DNA of 64,000 nucleotides from Candidatus Thorarchaeota archaeon SMTZ1-45 (GTDB lineage: Archaea > Asgardarchaeota > Thorarchaeia > Thorarchaeales > Thorarchaeaceae): the NCBI GenBank assembly GCA_001563335.1, contig LRSL01000109.1:60546-124545 (forward strand), given 5' to 3'. The notes below the pieces were generated by a model. The model was not told the origin of the DNA, made no database searches, and saw only the letters and a list, made by a program, of their open reading frames with translations. Shown here piece by piece: positions 20,361-31,033 of the stretch. A program made the translations under genes and the position numbers. The first letter of the stretch is position 1, and each line of letters starts with the position of its first letter.

Positions 20361-20711
20361 TTGAGTCTCGATGGGGACCTCCTATCTGCATTGGTAGGAC
20401 TCATGGAAGAGGACCGTGAGACCATGGTCCCCACACGACTCTCTGTTTTGGTCTACCTGTATTTCACGCAACATGCGACATTCCCTGTCCTTCAGAAGAA
20501 ACTTGGGCTCACATCAGGGAATCTGTCAAGCCATCTAAGAAAGTTGGAAGAATTAGGTCTGATTCGAATCTCAAAGAGATTTGTCGATCTCAAACCTACA
20601 ACCTTCGCAGTTCTGACCAAGGAGGGAGCTGAGCGTGTAAGGACACAGATGGTTCGTATGCGTGAGCTTGTTTCGATGGTTGTGGATAAGGAACCACAAT
20701 CAAATGAGTAG
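20361..20711 (+). CDS. Winged-helix transcriptional regulator (MarR/ArsR-like, HTH_34)
   Basis: RLSVLVYL...F..LQKKLGLTSGNLSSHLRKLEELGLI...PTT..LT.EG. Confidence 0.85.
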   Translation: MSLDGDLLSALVGLMEEDRETMVPTRLSVLVYLYFTQHATFPVLQKKLGLTSGNLSSHLRKLEELGLIRISKRFVDLKPTTFAVLTKEGAERVRTQMVRMRELVSMVVDKEPQSNE

Positions 20712-21032
20712 TTTTTGCAGCTTCAATAGATCCGGTACTTCGCCCTTTGTCTTGAGTTTCCCAGCGGAATATGCAGCCATAGGGCTCTCTGTTTTCTCTA
20801 TGATTGCAAAGAACACATGGGAGTCCATCGTTACTTGGAGCTCTGCATCAGTTTCTCCCTCTGCTACCTCAAGGAGTTCCGCATCACCAATCTTCATGAA
20901 CATCTTGGTATCAATATCAGGAAAGATGAACTGAAGCGTCTTGTTGTACTCCTTGAACCTACGCTGGATTTTTGGGTCTTCAAAACGTTCTCCAAGAGTA
21001 TGAAGCATCGCTATTATCTTCTCTTTGGTCAT
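20700..21032 (-). CDS. SCP2 sterol/lipid carrier domain protein
   Basis: AELQVTMDS..F..I....SPMAAYSAGKLKTKG SCP2 signature. Confidence 0.85.
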   Translation of the reverse strand: MTKEKIIAMLHTLGERFEDPKIQRRFKEYNKTLQFIFPDIDTKMFMKIGDAELLEVAEGETDAELQVTMDSHVFFAIIEKTESPMAAYSAGKLKTKGEVPDLLKLQKLLI

Positions 21033-21136
21033 ATAGACACCAAATTAAAGAATCGTAATTACCGAGTTATAACTTTCCCGACCGTGAAATTAATACAGGG
21101 GTTCCCAAAAAAAGCGATGATGAGGAGTGATACCTA

Positions 21137-22231
21137 ATGAGTGATGAAGATAACACGGAATCGCATGATGCATCTAGACAATCGAAAAAGGCATTTTATG
21201 CATGGGCAGGAGCTCTGGTCTTTGCAATTTGCTTTACATACTTAATTTGGGCATTGGGTCCTCTGCTTCAACCATTCATTTCAACATTCATAGAGCAAGA
21301 CCCAGGAGCAGACTATTACTACTGGCAGCTCACGACTCGAGATTTCATGACAATGTTCATTGTTTGGAGTTTTTATCTTGCACATCAGTTTTCAATCTGG
21401 GGTGCAATCTTCTGGGCACAAAGAAATCTAACTGAACTTAAGACAAAACCAACGACTAGTTTGACAAGGTACAATTGGTTTACATTGCTCATCAATGGAG
21501 CGTTCATTATCCTTCATTTAGTTCAAACCCACATATGGTTTGATGGGTTGGCACAAGATGTTCCGATTTGGACAAGTCAGGGTTCTGTCATAATAATGCT
21601 CGTTCTCATCTTGATCATCGAGAATCCGCGGCGCGGACTATTCATGGGTCGAAAACTAGGCAAACCAATGACAGCACAAGTTTCAGGCTTCTTCCGAAGA
21701 AATCATCAATATGTCATTGCGTGGGCTCTTGTCTACACCTTCTGGTTCCATCCGATGACTTATGATCCCCAATTATTGACTGGCTTCTTCTACATGTTCC
21801 TGCTATTCACCCAAGTTTCCTTAGCATATACAGTGGTCCATGTCAACCGTGGATGGGTGGTCTTGCTAGAGAGCTTTGTTGGAGTGCATGCGTTCTTTGT
21901 GGCGGTCTACAACACACTCATGACCCCGATTAGTTCCAGTGATATGTGGCCAATGTTTGCGTCCGGTTTTGCATTCATGTTTGTCTTCACATACATGTAT
22001 GCCTTCAAAGTAAGACGAGAAGTGCGGCTTGCTGTGATATTAGCATACTTTGGAGCGCTAACATGGATTTACCTTCCAAGTTCAATCGGTGGATATGGAA
22101 GAGAGATTAGTAGATTAATGATGCTTGAGTTTCTCTGGATACCAATCATACTTTACCTACTCGCAATCGTTTTCTCTGCAATTGTTTATCCCTATGTTAA
22201 ACGAAAAAGAAGTGTTCAAGTACAGGAATGA
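21137..22231 (+). CDS. Polytopic membrane protein with conserved His residues, unknown function
   Basis: 364 aa, about 10 TMs, HQ, HLVQTHIWFDGLAQDV, ENPRRG, WFHP. Confidence 0.8.
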   Translation: MSDEDNTESHDASRQSKKAFYAWAGALVFAICFTYLIWALGPLLQPFISTFIEQDPGADYYYWQLTTRDFMTMFIVWSFYLAHQFSIWGAIFWAQRNLTELKTKPTTSLTRYNWFTLLINGAFIILHLVQTHIWFDGLAQDVPIWTSQGSVIIMLVLILIIENPRRGLFMGRKLGKPMTAQVSGFFRRNHQYVIAWALVYTFWFHPMTYDPQLLTGFFYMFLLFTQVSLAYTVVHVNRGWVVLLESFVGVHAFFVAVYNTLMTPISSSDMWPMFASGFAFMFVFTYMYAFKVRREVRLAVILAYFGALTWIYLPSSIGGYGREISRLMMLEFLWIPIILYLLAIVFSAIVYPYVKRKRSVQVQE

Positions 22232-22260
22232 GGGAAAGAGATTCCCTCATTCTACCTTTT
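22226..22260 (+). terminator. Hairpin plus pyrimidine tract
   Basis: GAATGAGGGAA-AGAGA-TTCCCTCATTC then TACCTTTT, overlapping the stop codon. Confidence 0.65.
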
Positions 22261-22481
22261 ACTTGTGGCTCCCAGAAGTCTGTTCACAGTAAAGTCCAAC
22301 ACAATTTGTTTATTCAGACTGAGGGTTGATTCAAATTCATGTAGTTATATGAAGCAATGATGAGAGTAACTAGAACACGTGTTCTGAAAATTGAAATTAA
22401 CGCTGTGAAGCCCCTGTCAGAAAGATTATATCGCCCATCACGATGGAGCCGATGTCACTACGGATCCTTGGAGAATGTTTC

Positions 22482-25400
22482 ATGGTCAGCGATTCAGCCG
22501 AAAAAACAAAACAGAAGACCAAGCCCACGGATGTACTTGTAATTGGAGGTGGTATGGCTGGTATCAATGCAGCCCTTGGGCTGGCAAATGGTGGTCATGT
22601 AGCACACATGATTGAAAAGACAGTTGCCATCGGTGGTAACTATGTTGCAATCTACAAGATTTTCCCAGCACTAGAGTGCTCAGCATGTGTAATGACTCCT
22701 CTGACATCTTTTGTTGGAAAACATCCGAACATCAAAATTCATCCTCTCGCAACAGTGGAAAAAGTGACAGGTGGAGAGGGTGACTTCACAGCCACGATTC
22801 GACAAAAGGCTCGGTACGTAAACCCAGATACATGTACAGGTTGTCAATTGTGTATCAGGTCTTGTCCTGTTGAGGTGCCAAATGAATATGACTTTGGACT
22901 CTCACTCCGAAAGGCAATCTACATGAACTTTCCACAACAGATTCCGTTGTTGGCTACAATCGATCGAGAGTCTTGTATAGGCTGTGGAACTTGTGCATCA
23001 GTTTGTCCAAATGATTGCATTATATATGATGATGAAGACAAAGTTTACGACCTCAACGTTGGTTCAATCATTGTAGCCACTGGTTTTGAAGAGTACAAAC
23101 CATTAGATTATGGGGAATATGGATATGGTGTATTTCCAAATGTTGTAACAGCATTAGAATATGATAGACAGACTCACCCAACTGGTCCAACAGATGCACA
23201 CATGGTGCGACCTTCAGATGGAAAGGAACCTGAGCGAATACTGTTTGTGAACTGTGTTGGTAGCAGAGATGTCAGGGAGAATATCAGTGGTTATAGCAAA
23301 CACTGCAACAGGGTATGTTGCTCATTTGGAATAAAACTAGCTCAGGTAACAAGAATGCATTATCCAAAGGACCATTGCGAGATTATCTATACGTATATGG
23401 ACATGCGGACAGCCGGGAAGGCTTTGGAAGAATTCCTCTGGGACTCGCAGAAAAACCAAGGTATTAATTTCATTCGAGGACGTATTGCTGAAATACAGGA
23501 AGATCCAGATACACGTGATCTTTTCGTAAAGATGGAAGATACCGAATCTGGGAAAATCATCGAGCTCGATAAAATATCGATGGTGGTCCTTAATTGTAGT
23601 TTCAGACCCAGTAAGGGTTCTGAGGAACTGGCAAAAATTCTCAAAATAGATCTTGATGAAGCCGGATGGTTCAAAGAGAAACATCCCAATGCCGCCGCAT
23701 TAGAAACTAATCGACCAGGCATATACATTGCAGGATGTGCGCATGGTCCAAAGGATGGTACTGACTCTGTGAACGAAGGGAAAGGCGCTGCCATGGCGGC
23801 GCACTCGATTTTGCCAGTACCCACTCCAGAATCCCTACCGGAGATTCCTCCTGCAGAGGTTACTGATGAGCCACGTGTTGGTGTCTTCATTTGTCATTGT
23901 GGTGGGATTATAGGGAATGAGATAGACTCTCCAGGATTAGCAGAGTGGGCTAAGAATTTACCAAATGTAGCATATAGTACAGATTATATCTTCATGTGCA
24001 GTGACCCAGGGCAGGAACTTGTTACTCAAGCCATAAAGGAACATAAGCTTAACCGTGTTGTTGTTGGATCCTGTTCACCCCTGCAACATGAACAGACATT
24101 CAGAAGTGCCTTAGAAGCAGCAGGATTGTCAGGATATTATTTAGTAGGACCAGTTGGTCTTCGGGAACAACTAGCACTTGTGCATACAAAAGCCCCACGT
24201 GACATGCGCCAAGAGAAAGCACAGGACATGATTCGGAGTGCAGTTGCGAAGGCAATCAACAATGAGACTGTACCATTGAAAAAGGTCGAAGTCACGCGTG
24301 TTTCTATGGTGGTTGGAGGCGGTGTGTCTGGGATGACTGCCGCTTTGGATATTGCACGAAAAGGGTTTGAGGTAATCCTAGTTGAAAAACAAGACCAACT
24401 TGGTGGAAGATTGAATGAACTGCATCGCTTGTTTCCAGCCATGGAATCAGCACAGGACATTGTTGATGACTTGAAAGCTAAGGTTGAAGCGAACAAACGA
24501 ATTAAGTTGTTTCTAAATACAAAAGTTGTTGCCCGTGATGGTTCTTATGGTAATTATGATATCACTGTACAAAATCTCAAAACAGGCGAGAGAAATGTGC
24601 ATCGGATAGGTTCTATGGTTATTGCTGTTGGTACGGATGTTTATGAACCCAAGAAAGGGGAATATGGCTGGGAAGAGGTGCCAGCTGTGATCTCAACGCT
24701 TGAACTTGAAAGAAGATTGAGAAATGGCGACATAAAGAAAGCTCCAAAGAATCCCGTTTTCATCCATTGTGTTGGATCAAGACAAAACCCAGGTGAAGGA
24801 AACAGATATTGTTCTAGAGTCTGTTGTTCAGCAGTGATAACCATGCAGCATGAACTCAAGGAGTTATTCCCTGATATCAAGATATTCTCAGCTTACAAGG
24901 AGCATATCCGTCCATTTGCAACAGGTATGGAGGAATTGTGGAGAGAGAATAGACAGAATGGTGTGGCATATTTACAGTGGGAGCGTGATAGACCTGTAAC
25001 AGTTGAGAAAGACCCTGAAAATGAAGGAGCAATTGTCACAATATATGATATACTCTCCCAAGAAACATTCCAGATTAAATCAGAGCTTGTGGTATTAGCG
25101 TTGGGATTGGAAGCTCCTCATGACGTGAATGAGCTTGTCAAAGCAATGGGAATCAACAGGGGTCAAGATGGATTCCTTTTGGAAATGCACATGAAATTCA
25201 GACCGGTTGAAACAACAGTCCCAGGTGTCTTTCTTGGTGTGACCTATGCGAAAAATGTGAGTGATTCCGTGAACCAAGCACGAGGAGCAGCGAGCGAAGC
25301 CACTATTCCATTGAACTTGGGAACTGTGGAGATTGAACTTCTCACTGCAGAGGTTGATCAGGACTTATGTGTTGGATGTGACCTGTGTCATTATTCAGAA

Positions 25401-25586
25401 ATTTGTCCATATGATGCTGTTTCAATGATTGAGATTGAACCAGGTGTCAAGAAGAGTGTCACTGACGAGATGCGTTGTGAGGGGTGTGGAGCATGTTGTG
25501 CTATCTGCCCTACTGGAGCACGAGACCTCCGTTGGTGGCGTGAAAAGAGTTTTCTTGAGCAGACCTCGGAGATGCTGAGGGAGTAA
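22482..25586 (+). CDS. hdrA: Tandem (internally duplicated) heterodisulfide reductase subunit A-like flavoprotein
   Basis: Two GGGxxG FAD modules, two CVGSR...CxRVCC cluster motifs, inserted and C-terminal 2x[4Fe-4S] ferredoxins, internal CHCG domain. ATG at 22482 chosen. Confidence 0.9.
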   Translation: MVSDSAEKTKQKTKPTDVLVIGGGMAGINAALGLANGGHVAHMIEKTVAIGGNYVAIYKIFPALECSACVMTPLTSFVGKHPNIKIHPLATVEKVTGGEGDFTATIRQKARYVNPDTCTGCQLCIRSCPVEVPNEYDFGLSLRKAIYMNFPQQIPLLATIDRESCIGCGTCASVCPNDCIIYDDEDKVYDLNVGSIIVATGFEEYKPLDYGEYGYGVFPNVVTALEYDRQTHPTGPTDAHMVRPSDGKEPERILFVNCVGSRDVRENISGYSKHCNRVCCSFGIKLAQVTRMHYPKDHCEIIYTYMDMRTAGKALEEFLWDSQKNQGINFIRGRIAEIQEDPDTRDLFVKMEDTESGKIIELDKISMVVLNCSFRPSKGSEELAKILKIDLDEAGWFKEKHPNAAALETNRPGIYIAGCAHGPKDGTDSVNEGKGAAMAAHSILPVPTPESLPEIPPAEVTDEPRVGVFICHCGGIIGNEIDSPGLAEWAKNLPNVAYSTDYIFMCSDPGQELVTQAIKEHKLNRVVVGSCSPLQHEQTFRSALEAAGLSGYYLVGPVGLREQLALVHTKAPRDMRQEKAQDMIRSAVAKAINNETVPLKKVEVTRVSMVVGGGVSGMTAALDIARKGFEVILVEKQDQLGGRLNELHRLFPAMESAQDIVDDLKAKVEANKRIKLFLNTKVVARDGSYGNYDITVQNLKTGERNVHRIGSMVIAVGTDVYEPKKGEYGWEEVPAVISTLELERRLRNGDIKKAPKNPVFIHCVGSRQNPGEGNRYCSRVCCSAVITMQHELKELFPDIKIFSAYKEHIRPFATGMEELWRENRQNGVAYLQWERDRPVTVEKDPENEGAIVTIYDILSQETFQIKSELVVLALGLEAPHDVNELVKAMGINRGQDGFLLEMHMKFRPVETTVPGVFLGVTYAKNVSDSVNQARGAASEATIPLNLGTVEIELLTAEVDQDLCVGCDLCHYSEICPYDAVSMIEIEPGVKKSVTDEMRCEGCGACCAICPTGARDLRWWREKSFLEQTSEMLRE

Positions 25587-25590
25587 GTGC

Positions 25591-26163
25591 ATGGTTTCAC
25601 TAGATGGTCTCCTGGCTGGATGGATTGTTCTAAATGAGTTATTGGGGGCCTTGAAAGAAAGAGATGTTTTCATCCCAGATTTGACCTACGCAGACTTAAG
25701 AAACTCAAAGATGAGTATCGAGTACCTACGTTCCTTTGAGAGTGAAATAAAATCTGGAGATCAGTGTGATGCTGACACTCAAATACAAATAGAGATGGAG
25801 CTCAAAATACAGCGTCTTCGAGATACGCTCATGATCTGGGCAGAGAAAACGGAAGGAGTAGAATACAGAAATTCATGGGAAACTCGCTTTGATGCAGCAA
25901 TTAGAGGTGAGATTGAACAGTATGAGCCTGAACACCAAGTACACATCTCAGATATTCCCAGAGAGCGGGATGTGGGATTTTTCAGAATCAAACTGCCAGA
26001 AGATATTCCAGTAGAGATTGTGTCGGAAATCGCAGAAGACTGCATGGTAAATATTTCACTTGATGGTAAACGACATCTGCAAGTCAGTGGAAAGAGAGAA
26101 TGCGTCAGAAATGCCATGAAAAAGCTAGGTCAACTTTTCTATGGTGAAAGTAAGCTGCAATAA
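25591..26163 (+). CDS. DUF2096-like protein
   Basis: W.VL.EL...L...........DLR..K; C-terminal F.RIKLP...P.E....IAE...V; 4 bp after hdrA. Confidence 0.7.
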   Translation: MVSLDGLLAGWIVLNELLGALKERDVFIPDLTYADLRNSKMSIEYLRSFESEIKSGDQCDADTQIQIEMELKIQRLRDTLMIWAEKTEGVEYRNSWETRFDAAIRGEIEQYEPEHQVHISDIPRERDVGFFRIKLPEDIPVEIVSEIAEDCMVNISLDGKRHLQVSGKRECVRNAMKKLGQLFYGESKLQ

Positions 26164-26178
26164 TGACCTGATGATTCT

Positions 26179-27054
26179 CTAGATGCCAAGAATTTCTTTG
26201 ATGGGGTCCAAGGACACTCTGTTCAGTTCATATCCCAACGGTTCGGGATCGATTCCCATAGCAATACCTAACACTTGTGTAACAAACAATGCTGGCAGCT
26301 CCAGAGAAGTTCCATCATCATCCTTTAGACCTATTTGTTGTATATCGAATTGAGTGTGGCACGCTGGGCAGTTTGTAACAACACAGTTTGCTCCTGCGCC
26401 ATTTGCTGAAATCATTTTTTCTTGAAGTATCTTTGTGGCAACCTCCTCGCTTGCAATGAGGAGAGGTGAACCACAACAACGAAGTTTCATGTCCCAATGT
26501 ACGCTTTTTGCACCTGTCAGCTCGATTAGCTCATCAACCTTTCGAGGTAGTTCAGGATCATCAAACTCAGCTACATTGGATGGACGAATAAGATGACAAC
26601 CTGGGTGGAAGGCAACTTTTAGACCATCTAGGCGTTTGACAATCTTCTTCTCAATATCATCTTTCATGTCATAAAGGACTTCAACAAAATGACGAATCTT
26701 TACCTTTCCAGAGTACTGGAGACCTAGTGGTTTGAGAGTTTCGTTGACCTTCTTTCTATAGGACTCATCATCATGAAGCACATGATCGGTGTCCTTTAAT
26801 GAGCCAAAACAACCGTTACAGGGAGTGACAATATCATGTCCTCTCTGCTCAGCCAGTGCAATGTTCCTGCCTGACATTGAAAGCCAGCTATTTTCATCTA
26901 TTGACTTAAGGACTACAGTACCACAACATGATGCTCCATCAAAGTCTATCAGCTCAATCCCTAGATCCTTTGCGACTGCACGCATGGATGACTCATAATT
27001 ATTGAATCTGCTTGGGATAGCACACCCGAGAAAGACTTCGTATGTCTGAGTCAT
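26179..27054 (-). CDS. hdrB: Heterodisulfide reductase subunit B (CCG domains)
   Basis: FLGC, SCCG, CNGC, HPGCH, RCCG, CPAC. Confidence 0.93.
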   Translation of the reverse strand: MTQTYEVFLGCAIPSRFNNYESSMRAVAKDLGIELIDFDGASCCGTVVLKSIDENSWLSMSGRNIALAEQRGHDIVTPCNGCFGSLKDTDHVLHDDESYRKKVNETLKPLGLQYSGKVKIRHFVEVLYDMKDDIEKKIVKRLDGLKVAFHPGCHLIRPSNVAEFDDPELPRKVDELIELTGAKSVHWDMKLRCCGSPLLIASEEVATKILQEKMISANGAGANCVVTNCPACHTQFDIQQIGLKDDDGTSLELPALFVTQVLGIAMGIDPEPLGYELNRVSLDPIKEILGI

Positions 27055-27576
27055 TTACTCTTCCTCCTCCTCCAGATTCATGAGCTTCATCCTATCCAAC
27101 ATCTTCTTTGTGTCTGCAATGTTGAGTTCAGGGACCGGATCTAGCTCGAGGTCGTCGCGTTCCCAATCTGTTGGCTCGTAGAGCCTTCCTGTTTCATAGA
27201 GCGATTCCCTAGCACTGATATAGCCAGTAGGTCTAATCCCCTTCCTGAATGCCATGTTCTTCAGACCAAAAAGAATGTCTGTGATGTCAATACCTTGTGG
27301 ACATCGTTCTTGACATGTATAACATGTGGAGCATAACCAGACCATGTCGGTTTCAAGGACCGCCTCTAGTCCGAAGAGAAGCATTCTCATGACTTCATGA
27401 ATCTGAATGTTCACTTTGTCGGAAACTGGGCAACCAGCGCTACATTTGGCGCATTGAAAACAAGCAGTGAGGTCTTTGCCTCCAATCAGGCTTGAAACCT
27501 TATTGGTGAATTCAGCATCAAGTGCTTTGAACTTCTTTCCCTCAAACGATTTGAACTGACCCCAAGACTCTGTCAC
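27055..27576 (-). CDS. hdrC: Heterodisulfide reductase subunit C
   Basis: CFQCAKCSAGCP and WLCSTCYTCQERCP. Confidence 0.93.
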   Translation of the reverse strand: MTESWGQFKSFEGKKFKALDAEFTNKVSSLIGGKDLTACFQCAKCSAGCPVSDKVNIQIHEVMRMLLFGLEAVLETDMVWLCSTCYTCQERCPQGIDITDILFGLKNMAFRKGIRPTGYISARESLYETGRLYEPTDWERDDLELDPVPELNIADTKKMLDRMKLMNLEEEEE

Positions 27577-27577
27577 T

Positions 27578-30500
27578 TTATCGCCTCCTAGTTCTCAAAG
27601 GACTTGGTCCTAACTTATCTGCAAGTGCAGCATATTTCCTCACAGTTTCCGCCCAGATAGACCCCTCACTTGCACTTATGTGAGTGAATTGAAGGCGGTC
27701 AGGTTCAAGTCCAGCCTTCTCGATTATTTTCTTCGCGATGACAAATCTACGCTCAAATGAGATGTTACCATCAACATAGTGACAGTCTCCAATGTGACAT
27801 CCAGATATCCATACCATGTCAGCACCAAGTCTGAAAGCCTCTAACATGTGCTGCACGCTTACTCTTCCTGTACACATAACACGGATGTCTCTCACATTTG
27901 GAGGTTGTTGAAAGCGGGATACACCAGCACTATCTGCTCCTGCATATGAGCACCAATTGCAGAGTATTGTCAGAATCCTTGAATCATTTGCAGGCATGTT
28001 CTCCAAAGCAGTTCGTATTTGAGTGAGTATCTGGTCGTCGGTGAAGTGTTTCATTGTGATGGCACCAGCAGGACATCCTGCACCACATTTGCCGCAGCCT
28101 TGGCATAGTACTGGATTTGTGACTGCATAATCATGGCTACCATCACCGGGAACTACCTCAATTGCATTGTATGCACAGTTTATCTCGCAGGTTCCACAGC
28201 CCACACAGATCTCCGGATCCACAACTGAAACAATTGCCTCAGCTTTTCGAATTCCCTTGATGAGGGGTATCAATGCTCTTGAGGCAGCAGCCTGGCCCTC
28301 AGCAATAGACTCACTGATGCTCTTCGGAGCTGTGGCTGTGCCAGCTACAAAAACACCATCAGTCTGAAAGTCTACGGGGCGTAGCTTAGGATGCGCTTCC
28401 ATGAAGAATCCCGACAGGTTCAAGGGCACCTTAAACAGCTCAGAGATTTCTTTGTTCGGGCGGGGCACCATAGCAGTAGCGAGTACTGTATGATCAACAT
28501 CAATCGTCAGCTCAGCACCCAATACTTGGTCCATTACTGTGACACTCAGTGCTTTCTCTTTTCCTTTCTTGACCTCGGGTGGTGAGTCCTTGTCAAATCT
28601 TACAAATACAACGCCTTTCTTCCGAGCTTCACGGTACTTGTCCTCAGCATCATAGAAGACTCGTAGGTCTCTGTAGAAATGAAACACTCTTGAGTTTGGA
28701 TACTTCTCAAGTAGCTCCAATGAATGCTCTAGAGCAATCATACAACAGATACCTGAACACCATGTACGGGAGCCTTCGAGTGATGCATCCTCACGAGACC
28801 CAGCACAGTGAATTACTGCAAATGTTTCTCCATCTTCAATACCTTCACCACTAGCTATTCGAGTATTGAACTCAACCTCAGTCATTACCTCAGGAAGTTT
28901 GTTAAGACCATAGAGACCTTTCTCTTCAAGTGCGACTGCCCCAGTGGCAACAATAACAATGCCAACTGTGAGAGTTTCTTTCTTTGCTCCAGTCTTAATA
29001 ACAACCTCAAACTCACCAATTGAGCCTTTTGCATCGACGACCTCAGAGTTCAGAAGGAGATGGATGTTCTCTTTCCCACTTATTCTATGTTCATAATAAG
29101 CCACGATCTCTGAGGCTGGTCTGTTATTGAAATTCACAGTAGCAAGTTCATTCAGGAACCCACCTACCTTGTCCTGTTTCTCCACCAGGTAAACATTGAA
29201 CCCCTTTTGAGAGATTACTTCAGCAGTAGCCATCCCCGAAACGCCAGCCCCTATGATAAGAACAGAGGGTTCAATCTGTGTGACAGCTTCCTCCTGCGCC
29301 TCCAACAGTTTGGCTCGAGCAACTGACATCCGCACCAAGTCCATCGCTTTTGAGGTTGCTTCATCTTTGTCAGCTTGATGCACCCAAGAGCAATGCTCAC
29401 GAATGTTAGCAAGTTCGAACAAGTACTTATTCAAGCCAGCTTCTTCGATTGTTGCTCTAAATAATGGTTCATGAGTACGTGGTGTGCATGATGCCACCAC
29501 TAGACGGTTGAGTTTATGTTCCTTTATGGCCTCTTTGATGACAACCTGAGCATCTGAAGAGCATGAATAGAGAAGATTCTCTGCATAGACAACATTGGGA
29601 AGGGAACTTGCATACTCAGTGACCTCAGCAACATCTACAGTTCCAGCAATGTTAATCCCGCAAGAACATATAACGACACCAATTCGGGGTTCAGCTGCAA
29701 TGAGCTCTAAGTCTTCCTCTGTGAGCGCTTCTGTTTCTTCCCCCTGGGGAATAGTGATGTCCAGTGCGGCAAGAGCAGCTGCAGCACTGCCCTGAGCAAC
29801 AGAGTCAGGTATGTCCTTGGGCATTTGAACTGCGCCACACATGTGGATTCCAGGTACACCTGTTTCGGAAATCATCAACGAACTCAAATCAGGTTGTATG
29901 AAACCAGACTCATCTGTAGTGATACCAAGCTGCTCATTCAGTTTTGTATTCAGGGAGGGGATCATAGCAGGACACAGAACTACGAGGTCATACTTGTCAA
30001 CGAGGACATTGTGGCCTTTTGCATCACTGTGACGAACTATGAGATCCTTGGTCCCATAATCTTCTTGAATCTCACTCGGAATCCCCTTCACAAAGTGAAT
30101 ATCGTATTCGGTTTCAGCTCTAACAAGAAACTCCTCAAAGCCTTTACCAAAAGCGCGCATGTCATTGTACAGAATATCAATATGAACCTCAGGGGTATGT
30201 TCCTTAGTAATAATGGCTTCCTTAGTGGCGTATGTACAGCAAATCTTTGAACAGTAGGAACAGTGGTTGACGTCTCTGGAGCCCACACATTGTATGAAGG
30301 CAATCCTGTGCGGCTCACGACCATCGGAGGGCCTCATGACAATTCCACCAGTTGGACCACTGGCTGACACCATTCGTTCATACTCCAAAGCACTAACAAC
30401 ATTGGGGAAACGACCATAGCCATACTCTGGTATAGTGGCTGGGTCTAGAAGTTCGTATCCAGTTGCTATGATGATGGAGCCAGCATTGATCACGACATGT

Positions 30501-31033
30501 TCATCAACAATATCAAAGACAATAGCTTCGGCCTTGCATGTCTTAACACATACCATACATTCAATGCAGTTCTCATGGTCAATTGTTGCGATATTTGGAA
30601 CAGCTTGAGGAAATGGAATGTAAGCTGCTTTTCTCATTTTGAGCCCAATATCATATTCATTGGGCACTTCTATTGGACAGACTCTCTGGCAATCACCACA
30701 ACCAGTGCACTTGTCAGCATCCACACGGCGGGTTCGTTTGAGTACTTCTACTCTGAAATCGCCTTGCTTACCACTAACCTTTGTAACTTCGGAGTAAGCC
30801 AAAATCTCAATATTCGGGTGACGTGAACAATCTACCATCCATGGTCCTTGAATGCACATACTACAGTCCAATGTTGGGAAGGTCTTGTCCAATTGAGACA
30901 TATGACCACCAATCGAGGGTTGTTTCTCAACAAGGAACACCTTGACTCCCATTTCAGCGAGGTCAAGTGCAGCGCGCATTCCTGAGATACCAGCTCCAAT
31001 TATGACAACTGGTTTCGATATGGACTCAGCCAT
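27578..31033 (-). CDS. hdrA: Tandem HdrA fused to a C-terminal MvhD/FlpD [2Fe-2S] domain
   Basis: LDKTFPTLDCSMC, two FAD modules, CSCG domain, ferredoxins; C-terminal LCNWCSYAGAD...RVMCTGRV...GCHIGDCHY (MvhD). Confidence 0.92.
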   Translation of the reverse strand: MAESISKPVVIIGAGISGMRAALDLAEMGVKVFLVEKQPSIGGHMSQLDKTFPTLDCSMCIQGPWMVDCSRHPNIEILAYSEVTKVSGKQGDFRVEVLKRTRRVDADKCTGCGDCQRVCPIEVPNEYDIGLKMRKAAYIPFPQAVPNIATIDHENCIECMVCVKTCKAEAIVFDIVDEHVVINAGSIIIATGYELLDPATIPEYGYGRFPNVVSALEYERMVSASGPTGGIVMRPSDGREPHRIAFIQCVGSRDVNHCSYCSKICCTYATKEAIITKEHTPEVHIDILYNDMRAFGKGFEEFLVRAETEYDIHFVKGIPSEIQEDYGTKDLIVRHSDAKGHNVLVDKYDLVVLCPAMIPSLNTKLNEQLGITTDESGFIQPDLSSLMISETGVPGIHMCGAVQMPKDIPDSVAQGSAAAALAALDITIPQGEETEALTEEDLELIAAEPRIGVVICSCGINIAGTVDVAEVTEYASSLPNVVYAENLLYSCSSDAQVVIKEAIKEHKLNRLVVASCTPRTHEPLFRATIEEAGLNKYLFELANIREHCSWVHQADKDEATSKAMDLVRMSVARAKLLEAQEEAVTQIEPSVLIIGAGVSGMATAEVISQKGFNVYLVEKQDKVGGFLNELATVNFNNRPASEIVAYYEHRISGKENIHLLLNSEVVDAKGSIGEFEVVIKTGAKKETLTVGIVIVATGAVALEEKGLYGLNKLPEVMTEVEFNTRIASGEGIEDGETFAVIHCAGSREDASLEGSRTWCSGICCMIALEHSLELLEKYPNSRVFHFYRDLRVFYDAEDKYREARKKGVVFVRFDKDSPPEVKKGKEKALSVTVMDQVLGAELTIDVDHTVLATAMVPRPNKEISELFKVPLNLSGFFMEAHPKLRPVDFQTDGVFVAGTATAPKSISESIAEGQAAASRALIPLIKGIRKAEAIVSVVDPEICVGCGTCEINCAYNAIEVVPGDGSHDYAVTNPVLCQGCGKCGAGCPAGAITMKHFTDDQILTQIRTALENMPANDSRILTILCNWCSYAGADSAGVSRFQQPPNVRDIRVMCTGRVSVQHMLEAFRLGADMVWISGCHIGDCHYVDGNISFERRFVIAKKIIEKAGLEPDRLQFTHISASEGSIWAETVRKYAALADKLGPSPLRTRRR

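Noticed and set aside
26179-27576. HdrC-HdrB readthrough fusion (TAA immediately followed by an in-frame ATG)
   Set aside because: TAA-ATG abutment is ordinary translational coupling, and both ORFs have normal lengths and termini.
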